A DNA stretch of 63,293 nucleotides, filler included, from Sphacelaria rigidula (GCA_964200075.2; 8 parts of 8 records of this genome joined end to end with filler, not necessarily neighbours in it), one strand, 5' to 3'; positions 1 through 11,522 are shown, numbered from the whole stretch's first letter. Notes: generated from the letters alone by a model not told the origin. Made by a program: numbers and translations.

Positions 1-221
1 CTCCATGTTCTTATTTCGTCGCCCCATCCTTGTCCAAAATCCGTGTTCGTGTTTTTATTTCAGCACCAATTGCTCAACTGGTGTGCAACAGTCACCATGC
101 ACAAGTTCTTATTTGCCATAATATTTTTTGTCGTCCCATCCGTGTCCAAAAGCGATGCTCTTGTCCGTATTTCAACACTGATTGCTCCAACGGTGTGCTG
201 CAGCAGTCAGCAGTCAGCATT

Positions 222-345
222 AGCGGTACACCTCATGTGCGGGTTCTTGTTTTTCTATGTAGCTGCAGCGGTACACCTCATGTGCGGGTTCTTGTTCTTC
301 TATGTAGCTGCAGCGGTACACCTCATGTGCGAGTTCTTGTTCTTG
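222..345. repeat. 45-bp tandem repeat, about 2.7 copies, in RPL13 intron 2
   Basis: The unit GCGGTACACCTCATGTGCGGGTTCTTGTTYTTCTATGTAGCTGCA is repeated head to tail. Confidence 0.9.
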
Positions 346-1475
346 ACCCCAGGTCCAATTTGAGCACGTGTTCTTAAAAGCAAGTTCTTCATTTTCAAAT
401 TTTTGAGGCTCAAATTCTCAAGTGCCGTATTATTAAGTGGTGACCGCCTCTGTATGAAAAGAAAGTGAGTTGGATGTGAATTGAAACACCAGGTCGCTTG
501 CAGATAGCACAACGACCATCTTCGGTTCTGTGTACACGATGCTTTTGTGCCCGAAGTCCCAGCACCATGTCTCGGTACATGTGGAAAGCGTCAACAATTT
601 CCAACATCAACCACTTTTGGAGTTTCATCATATGCTTGCACACCTAGCCATCGCCCCGCTCGAACAATCCCGTACCAGATTTAGACATGCCAAACACAGA
701 CGCCACAAAGCGAGAGGGGCGGGAACCTCGAGTTAAATGTTCGCGTGGTCGGCGCATCATGTCTGTGAACTCCGGAACAAACTGTTGGATTGGGGACATA
801 GTAATCCAATTCCTGGATGATGACAAAAGATTACAGTGTCAAAAGGTACTCTGCGTACAGTACGTGATCTCATGTATTTTTGCGATAGACGCAATAGTCG
901 ATACTGTACACAGTGCACTTTTCGAACATATAATCTGTTGTCGAGGGTGTGAAGTAATCCACCGTATGCATATATTGGAGCTGATACACGTGCGACACCG
1001 GCTATTCCGAAACCGTTTGGAACAACAGACAAGTAGCGCTGTAACATGGTGTCAGCTAGTGCAATTATGATACCATGTAGCTGGCATATCTCTGCTGACG
1101 ACGGTAAAGTTACAGTTACTCGAGCGTCCTTCACGACCGCACATGCGCGATAAATAAAACACTCGAAACTTCGAGAAGGGATGGCTGGCAGATTGGAGCA
1201 TAACAATAAAATTGCGTTGGCAGTAAGTACGAAACTCGTCACCCTGAAAATGTGAATAAATGGATATACAGAGGAAACAATGAAGTGAATCGCAGCAAGA
1301 AAAAATGAGTCACACCCCCACCATGGGTCATGCACTGCCACCTACATAGCGCACAGGATGCCGCCACACATTTCGAATTGTGTCAAGAATGTTACCATCC
1401 GCGTGATTATTCACTATTCCATAGCCATCGTTTGAGAGCTTCACTCTAGTATATGCAGAGTTGAATGTGACCCAC

Positions 1476-1583
1476 CTTGATGGTCGGGCAGTGCACAGCA
1501 GGCCGAAGGAGCTGGGTCGGACGCGGCGCCATTTTGGCGGCCTTAGCCTGCCGTGCCTGGCGGCGCGCTTTCTTCTTGGCCGG
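1476..1583 (-). CDS. RPL13: 60S ribosomal protein L13 (eL13), exon 2; later exons were not found in this contig
   Basis: Acceptor CAACAG|CCG after a C-rich tract; PAKKKARRQARQAKAAKMAPRPTQLLRPAVHCPTIK continues exon 1 in frame; donor AAG|GTGGGT. Intron 1 spans 1584-3074. Confidence 0.95.
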
Positions 1584-1599
1584 CTGTTGCAGACGGGTG

Positions 1600-1930
1600 G
1601 GGGGAGAGGGGGGGGTGGGGGTACTCATGATCATGCATGCCATAGTCATGAGACCACTGACCTCACATACCCAGAAAGCCGGGACGAAGCACGGCGGATT
1701 TTTGCCGGACCAGACTTGCACTCAATCACCAACAGCGAAGCGCCATGGTGTGTTCGGCGAGTCGCCTGCGGGTTGATCTGGATCCTGCTGAAAAAATTGG
1801 CCCGGAGCCTACTGATAATCTTGCATAATCTTGCATTTGGATGACAGCCTACGATGAGTTCACTTTATTTTCTGGGATCGTCACATCCGAAGACAGTCCC
1901 GGCTTGTACCCTGCCTCATAGACGTCCCAC
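1600..1930 (+). repeat. Dispersed repeat family A, copy in RPL13 intron 1
   Basis: Aligns with 30845-31200 (same strand) and with the reverse complement of 63085-63293; shared motifs include GTACTCATGATC and ATCTTGCATTTGGATG. Confidence 0.85.
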
Positions 1931-3074
1931 CATGACGGATAGGGGGGGGGGGAGGGATCGCTTGAGGGCATTTGTGTAAATATTGAACGAGCGAGCATAT
2001 CTTGATTTTCTCGATGCCAACTCTGCCGCACAAGACTGTTATTGAAGCTGTTGACTTGCGAGACGTTAGCTTCACCTTTGCGTACAGTCAAGTTTTGTAG
2101 CATTTTTACAACAAGATATCTGAATATTCATGTGTTGGAGCTCGTAGATCTGACAACATCGTACGGGTTGTTGATACTTTCCAGTAGTACTGTGCAAGTG
2201 GCACCGAAACTCGTCGTCACATGAAGATTTCGATGAGGTCTGTCTGTCCTCGGGTCGTCGTCATGCCGGGGCTTTGTTCGATAAATTCGACACGAAATAG
2301 TCGTCGGGGGCGGGAGGGGGGTGGTATTCACTGTAAGGATAGTGTGTCGCAGATACAGATCGGAGTTGCCTGGCTGTCACGACTCAACATGTTCACCGGT
2401 AGTCTCGTGTACGAGTGAGTATACCGGGGGGATTGCAAACGCAAACAGCCACCTCCATGTTACGAAAAACTGCTTGCACGAGCGGTGCGTCCCGTACTGT
2501 ATGGCCGTGAGATGCGATCGTTCATCGGGTGTTCAGGCAGCATATCCGTGAAGAGGGGTGTTGGGGGTTAGTACCATTTGGGGGAGTACTTCAGCAGCAC
2601 AGTTATCATCACCTTTCGTAAACAACCCTCACTCGGTTTCGCCAACAAAAAAAAACACAGATCTACAGCCGACCACGAAATGCACATCTAGAGGCTCGGG
2701 TTGACATATACGGCAAGAGCACGAAGATGGGGCGTTCGTGAGGACGTTGCTCCCTGTCATAGCCGTGAAGTGAGATGGGCAGGCAGGTTTTCGGATCACC
2801 TGTTTCGCAACCCATCCAAGGGAGCGAGGAAAACCTCGAGGACTGTGCCGCACACGGACTATCAGCATGAAGGAAAGGGTACAAAATGTCTCATCACAGT
2901 CCCATGTGTTGCATACTGCATCTCCATGATCATCCCCTTCTCCCCCGCCGTGTACGCGTGCAGCCCTTGTCGCGGGTACCACACAAGAACTACATCACCG
3001 ACCATCTTCCGTCCTCCGGCAATGTTAACCAGACATGAGCTAGGAATGGAGACGCTCGATTTTGTTTCACATAC

Positions 3075-3155
3075 CTGGTCGAACCATGTCCGGACCCTCC
3101 TCTGCCACTTCTTGTGGAAGTGGCCGTTAGGCAGCACGTTGTTGTGCTTCACCAT
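3075..3155 (-). CDS. RPL13: 60S ribosomal protein L13 (eL13), exon 1
   Basis: ATG at 3155 gives [27 protein letters not shown], the conserved eL13 N-terminus. It ends at a phase-0 donor CAG|GTATGT. Confidence 0.96.
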
Positions 3156-4289
3156 CTTTCAAGACTCCTTCACCAAGACCAACCCAGGGCACTGAGTGAG
3201 CCCTCGATGCGCACACAGGTTCGCGCCAGCCACACACAAATTTCGTATTGCCGCCTGCCATGTTCTAAACAAAACAATTTCATGGTCATTTTCTAAAATA
3301 AGGTCTCCACTGTGTTTTCTGTTTTCAAGCAGTATACAACAGAATGTCTTCCTCTTAGATTATAATGAATCAAAACAATTATGCTATGAATCAATATATG
3401 GTATCGTTATACTCTCGCTTTATCCAAAACTCATAGATTGATTGGCGGCACAGATTTACCTTTTAGAAACAACTTATGGCCTCGAACCGCGGGTCTGAAT
3501 GACGCAGGTTACGCCGCATATCAAGTGCAACTCGAGTGCAGCAGGCTGTTGCAGTACGGTACTCATTGTACTTTGTTGACCATATTGTCTGGTGAAGCAG
3601 CAGTAGTATTCCTATTATCACACAGGGAGAAAGCCATGGTGAAGCTCCATTCTGACCTTCTAGATCAACAGCTGGCAGCAGAGGCGCCGGTGGCGGAAGC
3701 TGGGCTACCGGTCAGTACTACTGTACTGTTGCACTGTCGGACTGCCGACAGAACTGTCGTCATGGGTGTGAAACTTTCCGCGAGCCGCCTGTATTTGACG
3801 TACATTTTGATCGCAAATCCCATGCATACCTTAAGCCGCGACAGAGCAGCAAAACAAAACGCCGATTAAAAAGCTTGATTGTCTTGTTGATAACACTGCT
3901 ACCGTTCACAACAAAAAGTGCTCATCCTGCGTTCAAATGTGTTACAGATACCGCCGTGGGTGCTAGTGGGTGCTGGTGGGTGCCGGTGGGTGTCACGTGT
4001 GACGATTCGCAGTTCTGTGGAACGCTGGAACCAGTTCCTCATGTCCCATCGCAAATCTGTTGACGTGCTTCTCACAAGCTGCGTGTTCGTGATCACGGTG
4101 TCGCATTTATCATAGCATCCTCCAGATGCTTCTGTCGACAAGTTCACCCCATATCTCTACGAAATGATAATGTGGCAAAAACAACAGTCAGCCGCTTGGG
4201 TCGCATGAGGTGACGGGGCAACATCTGAAATGTACTCGTACTGTTCTAACAGATGGGCCAGCCTAGAAGCGGATTTGGAGTTTGAAGGC

Positions 4290-5338
4290 CCATTCGCAAT
4301 TTAATGCAGCGTGGCCGGCCGAGTGCTCGACCTCTATAACTACTGTACCTGCGTATCGTTGGGTAATATCACTTCGAGGCAGTCCAGCACGTCTATCACC
4401 CGAGCCTCAAACTTCTCATAGCCATAGTATCCTTTTGTTCTTCCCAGGCCAAAAGAATCTCAGACCAGAGCTTTCCGTCAAGGCTGCGCGCCCCCGCCCC
4501 TTCCAGAAGGCGTTAACCTGCTCCAGCTCTGCTTCGGACACTGGCAGACCGAGGCCACGCTCGTCGTCTTGAAAGGCTGACACCGTCTCCCCTGGCTCCT
4601 CTGTCTTCTTCCTCATGCTGCGCACTCCCTGGATCACCCACGTACTTCCCTCTAACGCGTATGCTTCGAAGCATGCTTCGTCTTGTCCAGAGGGAGACAC
4701 TCGTCCCTTGCTCTTACACACATCAAGCGCCTAGTCGAACTCACAGGGAAAAGCCGCGGCTGCACTGAAGCGAGCACTCCTACAATCACCCGCTGTTCCC
4801 AATTGTCGGCGTAGCTCATCGTGCCGAACGTCGGAGCCGTTGCTCAAGAAATCGACATGTACCTTGATGCAGCTGGTATAATTTCTCTCGTGGTGATGTG
4901 TGTATCCCCAGAACGCCTCCTCGCCTGTTTCGCGCATCTCCTCGAACGGGGCAAGCTCGTCCGGCGCCAGAGAATCTCCGTTCGCCGAATACTAGCAGTG
5001 TTCCCGCAAATGAAGTTTCCGCCTTGTGCTAACGTACTTCCTGCGGCTGTCAACGACGTCTGACCTCTCATGGCCATCGGTGCGGTAGGACTGCGTGTGT
5101 CGCTCGCACTTGTATCCCAGCTTGCGCATCCACGCATTCACGGTGGACGTGGAAATAGGGAGGCTAAGACCATGCAACATCGATTTCGCCATCCTTTCTC
5201 TCGCCAAGAGTTCGTTGTTGGTACAGTTTTAAGTACTGCGTGTCGACACGTGCTTCAGCTCCTTGAGCCAAGTCAGGAGCTGGAGCCGCGGATTTTCCTC
5301 GTTCAAGATCCAATCCCGCTCGTCTGTGCCCCTGCGGT
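4290..5338 (-). pseudogene. Decayed IS630/Tc1-mariner-like DDE transposase of the DGHER-motif type
   Basis: Frameshifted pieces occur in the expected order: STVNAWMRKLGY...YRTDGHERSDVV, QDEACF...W...RKKTEEPGETVSAF, FWPGKNK/GYYGYEKF, VIEVEHSAGHA. This matches the YxDGHERxDVV / HDES / PGKNxDGYW / DxSxGH pattern recalled from fungal and oomycete Tc1-like transposases. Confidence 0.75.
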
Positions 5339-5359
5339 GCACCCTCACACCATTCTCAC

Positions 5360-5580
5360 GTGGCATCACCAGTTTCAAGAACTCGAAGGTCATTTCAAGG
5401 TTGACCGCAGGGGCACACACGAGCGAAATTGGACACTGAACGAGGAACATCTGCGGCTCCAGCTACTGACTTAGCTGAAGGAGAAGAAGCACGTGTCGAC
5501 ACGCAGTACTCATGACTAAATTAACAACCAATTCTTGACGCGGGAAGAGGTGGCGAAATAGACGGAGTATGGTCTTGACG
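5360..5580 (+). pseudogene. Second, diverged fragment of the same transposase N-terminal region, inverted relative to the first
   Basis: The + strand reads DRRGTHERNWTLNEEHLRLQLLT*LKEKKHVSTRST; the - strand copy reads HRRGTDERDWILNEENPRLQLLTWLKELKHVSTRST. Confidence 0.75.
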
Positions 5581-5814
5581 TCTCCAGACACGCTAACATG
5601 CAACGACATGAGACGTGCCCAGTACTCAATACTGTACAATAACGCCATCGCCAAAACTGCGCCAATCGACCAGCGGCGGAGCCGTGCGTTACCAGGTTCG
5701 TCTGCAGTTCACGGCGATATGCTCAAGTCGGGTCGATTTGGGAAACTTGAGAAGTTGTGGTGTGAAATGCGTATGGATAGTTTACGGCTGGCCCAGTCGT
5801 ACACAGTTGCGGCT

Positions 5815-6105
5815 GCGCCGCGTTGGTTTATATTAAACTAGTACAAGTGAGACCATTTGAATTGAATTGATGCGTTCAAATCCCGGCAGATGTGAGTTCA
5901 GGATTTTTTCCAAGAAGTATTAGACTTTTGCCTTTCACAACGCGAGGACGCTGGTAGTGAAGAAAAATTGATCAAGTCCGACGCGGTGCGGAGTGCTGGT
6001 CATAACCCAATCTGCGATACCAAAATGTAATTCGTGCGCTGTACCAGGGGAGAGGTGGGCTGATGCCTTGAGAATATGGACTCATCCTGAAAAAGGGGAG
6101 GGGTT
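5815..6105 (+). mobile_element. Older copy of the same candidate SINE
   Basis: GTTCAAATCCC at 5874 is followed by the body GACGCGGTGCGGA...GGACTCATCC, similar to 6456-6570. Confidence 0.4.
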
Positions 6106-6293
6106 GACCGTTTTAGCACCCAGTCATGTTTTGGTGGAATGTTGTTGGCCTCGATACTTTGAGGGGATCTGGCACGTTACTTCCGCTGAAGGATACAACG
6201 CCCACTGCGCAGAAACACGGGGAGGGGCCTAGACCTCCCGAGTCGTTGCGAGTCGTTGCCACTCATCTATTCCATGTAATAGTCGGTTGCCCC

Positions 6294-6575
6294 GCCCCGG
6301 TGGTGTAATGCTCTGACTGTCGCCATTAGGGTGGAGAACGGGGGTTCGATTCCCGATGCGATGGGTTTTTTCTTCGTAATGTGAAATTTCCACCGTGGAA
6401 AGCGTGAGAACGTGAGAAAGTAAAGTAGTCGACTGGGTTTATGTGACGTGAGTTGACGCGGTGCGGAAGTGCTGACCCAATCCGCGAGACCAAAATGAAG
6501 AGCGCGTACCGGGGGAGAGATGGGTTGATCCATTAAGATGACGGACTCATCCCAAGGAAGAGGAGGGGTCCAAAG
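6294..6575 (+). mobile_element. Candidate tRNA-derived SINE: Pol III A/B-box head plus body
   Basis: TGGTGTAATG (A box, 6301) and GGTTCGATTCC (B box, 6343) form a tRNA-like head. The body at 6456-6570 recurs at 5980-6100, also about 105-110 nt after a B-box-like motif. Confidence 0.5.
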
Positions 6576-7825
6576 TGTGAGGGGGGGAAAAAAAAAGTCG
6601 ATATTTCAACGTGCAGTCCCGTGCAAACATATTGGGTCAAATTAGACCACCATAAGCGGTGACCATGCCAGCACCGCATTGGTATGGCGTGTTCGAAGGT
6701 TTTACGCAAGACGTAGCGGAGGGAGTCATTGGTGGACACAGCTGCCAGTGCTATGGGCTGTGTGATATAGACGATCAAGAATTCCACCCCTCCCGCTCAA
6801 CCATGGACGTAAATAGACTGTTACTCTTACCATGCTGACGAAAAAAACGAGGCGTTCATGTTCATGTCTAACTTAGCACCCAGAATCCACACTCCAAAAT
6901 TGCACAGGATTGGCAGGCCGGATTATAGGGACAGAAAGGCTTGGGCGATGTAGATGCTGCGGGTATGATGAGGGGAGAAAGAAGTGTGCGACGCTGATGC
7001 TTGATACAGGAGACCACTACACAACCTGGACTATTTTTTTACGGTGTGCATGTATGGAAAGCTTCAGAGTAAACCATATATGCCGTTCTCAGCTCGTCCG
7101 CGCTGGCGTGGATTTGAGAATCCCTCTTTGTGCGAATTTGTATAGAAAACGCAGGAAAATGTCAGCCATTTTCGAATCCCAAATCGTTGGGTAAAATCCG
7201 TCAGTATGCAAGCACAGGTCTTCCGTGTGTGAAGGGCCGAGTAGCTTTGCTCAGAGAACGTTTACTTTTGTAGCCTTTGAGATTTCTCTCCAAGAAGAGG
7301 AAATCATACCATGGAAATGGTGTAGTTACACTGGTTACTATCTTAAAGCTCAAAAATAGAACTTGCAAGATGATGTGCACGTGCTGTCCTCGTCAAAATG
7401 CGATAATGATATTGTTGTTGTGCTCTTTGCTCTTGACCGCCCGTCCCTCCCCTCTTCTTCAGTTTTTGCTGAGTTCTTATGGAGACCAACAGGTACCGAT
7501 GCACATGTAGCCTAGGTACACACAAAGTTCGTGTTCCCACACCTTTCGGTCGGGATTGTTACAGGAGTATCCATGACAGCGTCGCACGTGTTACGTACTT
7601 CAAACTCAATCTGTACACCGATTGTCATTTGTGACGGCACGAGATCCGTTGATGCATGTGTTCATTTATTTGCAGTGTAGGATTTCGCCCGGTAGATCAC
7701 AGACTGGGATTCAGTACTGAGCCTGGGTGAAGAGGGAGAGAACCACCCCCCCTATGAACCCCCCCCCCCCCCCCGCCGCACTCCCCCAACACCCTCACCC
7801 ACACACCACCCTCACCCTGCCTCTC

Positions 7826-7925
7826 NNNNNNNNNNNNNNNNNNNNNNNNNNNNNNNNNNNNNNNNNNNNTTAATTAATTAANNNNNNNNNNNNNNNNNNN
7901 NNNNNNNNNNNNNNNNNNNNNNNNN
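7826..7925. other. Artificial contig linker
   Basis: 44 N + TTAATTAATTAA (stops in all six frames) + 44 N. Confidence 0.99.
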
Positions 7926-7993
7926 ATCGTTAGGAGCCTCTGAACCAGACATAATTTCGCGAAAAAAGTGCACCCCTACCGTAGCATTGCTCC
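7926..7993. mobile_element. One end of a Sola2-like MITE, cut by the contig edge
   Basis: Near-identical reverse complement of 25345-25410; ends in ...CTACCGTAGCATTGCTC. Confidence 0.7.
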
Positions 7994-9334
7994 CACCCTG
8001 TAGTCAAGATAATGGAATCATCTTTTGAGCAGTTTTCAGAAAGGTTCTGCTGGGGTTTTTTTCAAGTATTCCGAAAAAAACGAGAGTGTTTTCTGTCACA
8101 GAATTCTATAGCCGAATCTGGAGTAGCCTGAGACAACAACCAATTTGAGAATTGGAATTGGAATGAATCGATTGTACATGCCACCCACTTCTAACCATCA
8201 TGAGGCGTGAACGGCATGTACAACTTGTTTGATCGAGTCGTTCGAGGTGAGCGCCCGTATATGTTCCCCACCTTCGGGTTAATGCGGGACGAAGAGTCGG
8301 CATATGGTTGAATCCTCTCAAAGCATGGGCCCTGAATCAGGCGTACCTTTCTCTCATTTGCAACGCGCGCAAGACGCCTACACTGCATATGTGTTATCCA
8401 CCTTCGACTCAGCGGGACCAACAATTTATACAGGTTGAAGCCCGTCATTTCATGGGGAGTCAACTCGTATGAACTCTGATTCGTCCCAACCGTGAATATT
8501 TGTTGGCATCGATTTCCTGGCCGATTCATGCTTGCTCTTTGCTTCATCATTTCCCTACGCAAAGCTTCACGAGTTCATAAACCCGGCGGAGACCGCGTCG
8601 GGTTACAATGCCAAAAATGAACGCCTCTGACGCTCCTCACGACGAGCACCCGTACGGTCTCTATTTGTCGACATGGAAGCCGAGAAACGTCTCTGCCCCC
8701 CGCGTACGTTGCGACCATAAGAGCACGTACTTTGGCACCTCTTCATGTCAGCCGCGGACGGCGTCGGCACGCAGAAGCAAAGACAACGTGGAAAGCGGGC
8801 AACATGGCTGAACCCCCCTTGAAGGTGAGCAAAGTGATTCGGAGAGCCGGTTGTTGCGTGTGATGCCTCCAACCTAGAAAACATGAGCGCAAAAAGTGCC
8901 TCGATTGAAGTTGCGACGGTAAATTCTGAGAAGCCAACGCTCGCTCCGCGCGAAGGAGGTCGAATTGGGTGTGTTTTTGAGTGCGCCCGGACACACAAGC
9001 GAAACACAACGCCGTGAGCACCAATGACACTGAAACGTACTGAGGGTGTCGCAGATGATGTAAAGAGCGATGGGATGCTTTTGTCGCGCAGCGCGACTTC
9101 GAATCAATTCGGGGAAAAGTGAGTGCGTGGTTCGGAGCTTCGTAATGATGTCCGGACGGATGGATACTTCTTCAATTTAGGATCAGTATAAGCCTTTTCA
9201 GCCCTAAGGGCCTCAAAGGAATAGGTCCATTGCAACTATTGGTGATCGACAATTGTTGCGATAGGCCTATACTCAGCTCAGTACATTTTTGGTGTATCGC
9301 ATCCATCACCACATATTGTCTGGTGTGAGTGTTT

Positions 9335-9600
9335 TCCAACACGTTGTCAGATATCGCATTCGGTTCTGCACAATCACAGAAACATTGTCAGATATTACAC
9401 TCAGTTCAGATCGACTGTCAAAACGTTGTCGGCTATGTGTTCAAATCAGAACAACTTCTCAAAGCGTTGCCGAATATCTGTTGATTCAGAACAGCTTCCC
9501 ACAACGTGGTCAAACATCCGTTCCTCCTAAGCAACTTCCCAATATGTGGTCCTAATATGTTCATTTAGGACGACTTTGCCCAAACGCTGCCAAATACCGT
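9335..9600. repeat. Degenerate minisatellite, period about 40 bp, about 7 units
   Basis: The core AACGTTGTCAGATAT or variants recur near 9338, 9381, 9422, 9463, 9503, 9543 and 9582. Confidence 0.7.
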
Positions 9601-9850
9601 TCGTTTGCCATTTTTGGAAGTCGGGAGTTCTTTTTATCATCAGAAAATAATTTGGTGAAGCAGTGAGCACAAACACACAGGACAGGAGCCCCCCCCCTCC
9701 CCCGAATTAACTACATACTGAACCACATAACGAGGTGAGTTTTTCTCTCCACGATCATCCTCAAACTTGGAGCAAAACAGTACATTATCATGAGTTGTTT
9801 CATACCCTGTTACAATATCCGGACCCGTCAGTCAAGGCCAATACGACGAA

Positions 9851-9997
9851 TCAATCATCCGACTCGTCATCATCGTCTTCTCCCAACAAAGCCGCTAATC
9901 TCATTGCCACATCTGCAGCTCTAGCTCGCCGCTGCTCATCCGGCAAGCTGCTTCCAGCCTCTCGTGCCTTCCGTACCGCAGCCATCAATACCTCCAT
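9851..9997 (-). CDS. AAGAB: Alpha/gamma-adaptin-binding protein p34-like, last exon
   Basis: Acceptor AAG|ATG; MEVLMAAVRKAREAGSSLPDEQRRARAADVAMRLAALLGEDDDDESDD*. This fits the p34 C-terminal LPDxQR+xxAAxxAM helix and acidic tail. Confidence 0.75.
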   Translation of the reverse strand: MEVLMAAVRKAREAGSSLPDEQRRARAADVAMRLAALLGEDDDDESDD

Positions 9998-11264
9998 CTT
10001 TAGTTACCACACCACGTGGGAGCAGCCGTGTGTACATGTACACACACAAAGACACGAGGAAGGCGGGACAGAATGGCATATTGTCTCTTCGATGTCGAAC
10101 GTATTTCGACTCCCAGCCGGTGATGAAACCATGGGATGAGCACAGCTCGCACTTCACTCACACCAATTGTACGAACCTACGTAAGCAGCCCCCAAGCTTT
10201 GCGTGAACCCCCGTATACGGGGTAACGCACACCGCAAGTCTGAGACGAACGCTCATCGCAGGTTTCGGTCCACAGCGATGCATGCCTTAGGCACAAATGT
10301 ATTTGAGCTGTTGGGTCGATAACGATCGCCACATGAAGTGAATTATTGCGCAAGGCGGTTGTACATTTCGATGACCGAACCTCTGCATACCAGGGCACAG
10401 AAACATCCAAGATTCTGGGCCATTCTCAGCACCTTGGTCACCGGGCATCAGGCCTTCTCCAGGAATACTATTGTCGGCTGGGCTTTGAAGTCAGTACCTC
10501 TGGATCTACAGTCTAGTAGCACATCTAAGTTTACGGCTATCGCCCTTGTCGACCACATTCCGTGTATTCCGTATTCCCCAATCCTTCATTCATGCAATGC
10601 TGTTCATCGCGAAAGGTTTTCCTCCCATATTTGTCTCTGGTTCACCTTGGGTCTATCTGAAGAGGTCTAACGCTCAAGCGATGAACAACCACACAAAACG
10701 TGTGACTACGCAATCGTTGCTATCGAATCGATTTCTCCATGAAACAAGGCCATGGCCATGGCCATGGAACATTTTGGCCAACGACTCCCTGGTTGTCTCA
10801 CGTCTTGCACTAACGAAATCGCTTCAAAGTGACGACCACCCACCTACCTCAATGCTTTATGAGAAGAGAAATGATCCATTGTTCACGTGATCCATCAGTC
10901 CCGTTTTCGCGCCACTGAAACTGCTCCGAAATGAAAAACCAACCATTTCGCCTTATACACACTCATGGACGAAGTTATAGATTTTGTTCTCCCATTCATT
11001 CGTATATCTTCTGGATGCATGAACTGGGGCTGTTGCGAATTGACAGACACCAAACTCCCTTGAGGCGTTGCGTAGAAAATCAAAAACTTGCTTTTTCTTT
11101 ATTGATAAGGACAGTCCAATGATCGAACCCTGTGATGAAACTGTTCCGAAATGACCGCAATGGAACCCAGGCTCGTCGCCTCCCCAACATTCCTTCATAA
11201 AACGACAGGGAAGTGGCGATTACTATTGTGCACCACCAGCTAGTGGAGAAAACCCGGGACCAAC

Positions 11265-11522
11265 CTCATCTTCATCGTCAGCTTCTCCGACACCATCAAA
11301 CGCAGCCGCCGCGGTCGCTGCCATGCTCATCGACCCCTTTCCCTCAGTCTCCACGTCTACGCTGCCCGTGTTGCTACTGCTGCCTGCTGTCGCCAAATCG
11401 CCGCGATTTACATCGGCAGCCGGCTCGCGACCTCCGCTTGTAAGAGGATGAGAGGGGTCTTCAAAACCCGGGGCTGCCCGCCTTGTTTTGTCTCCGCTCT
11501 TTTGGATATTGGCTAGGGGATC
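11265..11522 (-). CDS. AAGAB: p34/AAGAB-like, penultimate exon
   Basis: Acceptor GTACAG|GAT; DPLANIQKSG...GEADDEDE; donor GAG|GTTGGT. Splices in phase 0 to give ...DDEDEMEVLM. Confidence 0.6.

Noticed and set aside
222..345. CRISPR array
   Set aside because: Head-to-tail tandem units with no unique spacers.
2805..2840. U14 snoRNA (contains AGGTTTTCCT and CCTTGGATG on the - strand)
   Set aside because: No box D follows the domain-B-like motif, and domain A is absent.
6294..6365. Functional tRNA gene
   Set aside because: A and B boxes are present, but the acceptor, D and anticodon stems do not pair convincingly; treated as a SINE head.
9335..9600. CRISPR-like repeat-spacer array
   Set aside because: The repeats are degenerate, the intervening parts resemble each other, the period is too short, there are no cas genes, and the context is eukaryotic.
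10200..11200. Decayed LINE in the p34-like intron
   Set aside because: No reverse transcriptase or endonuclease motif could be identified by eye.
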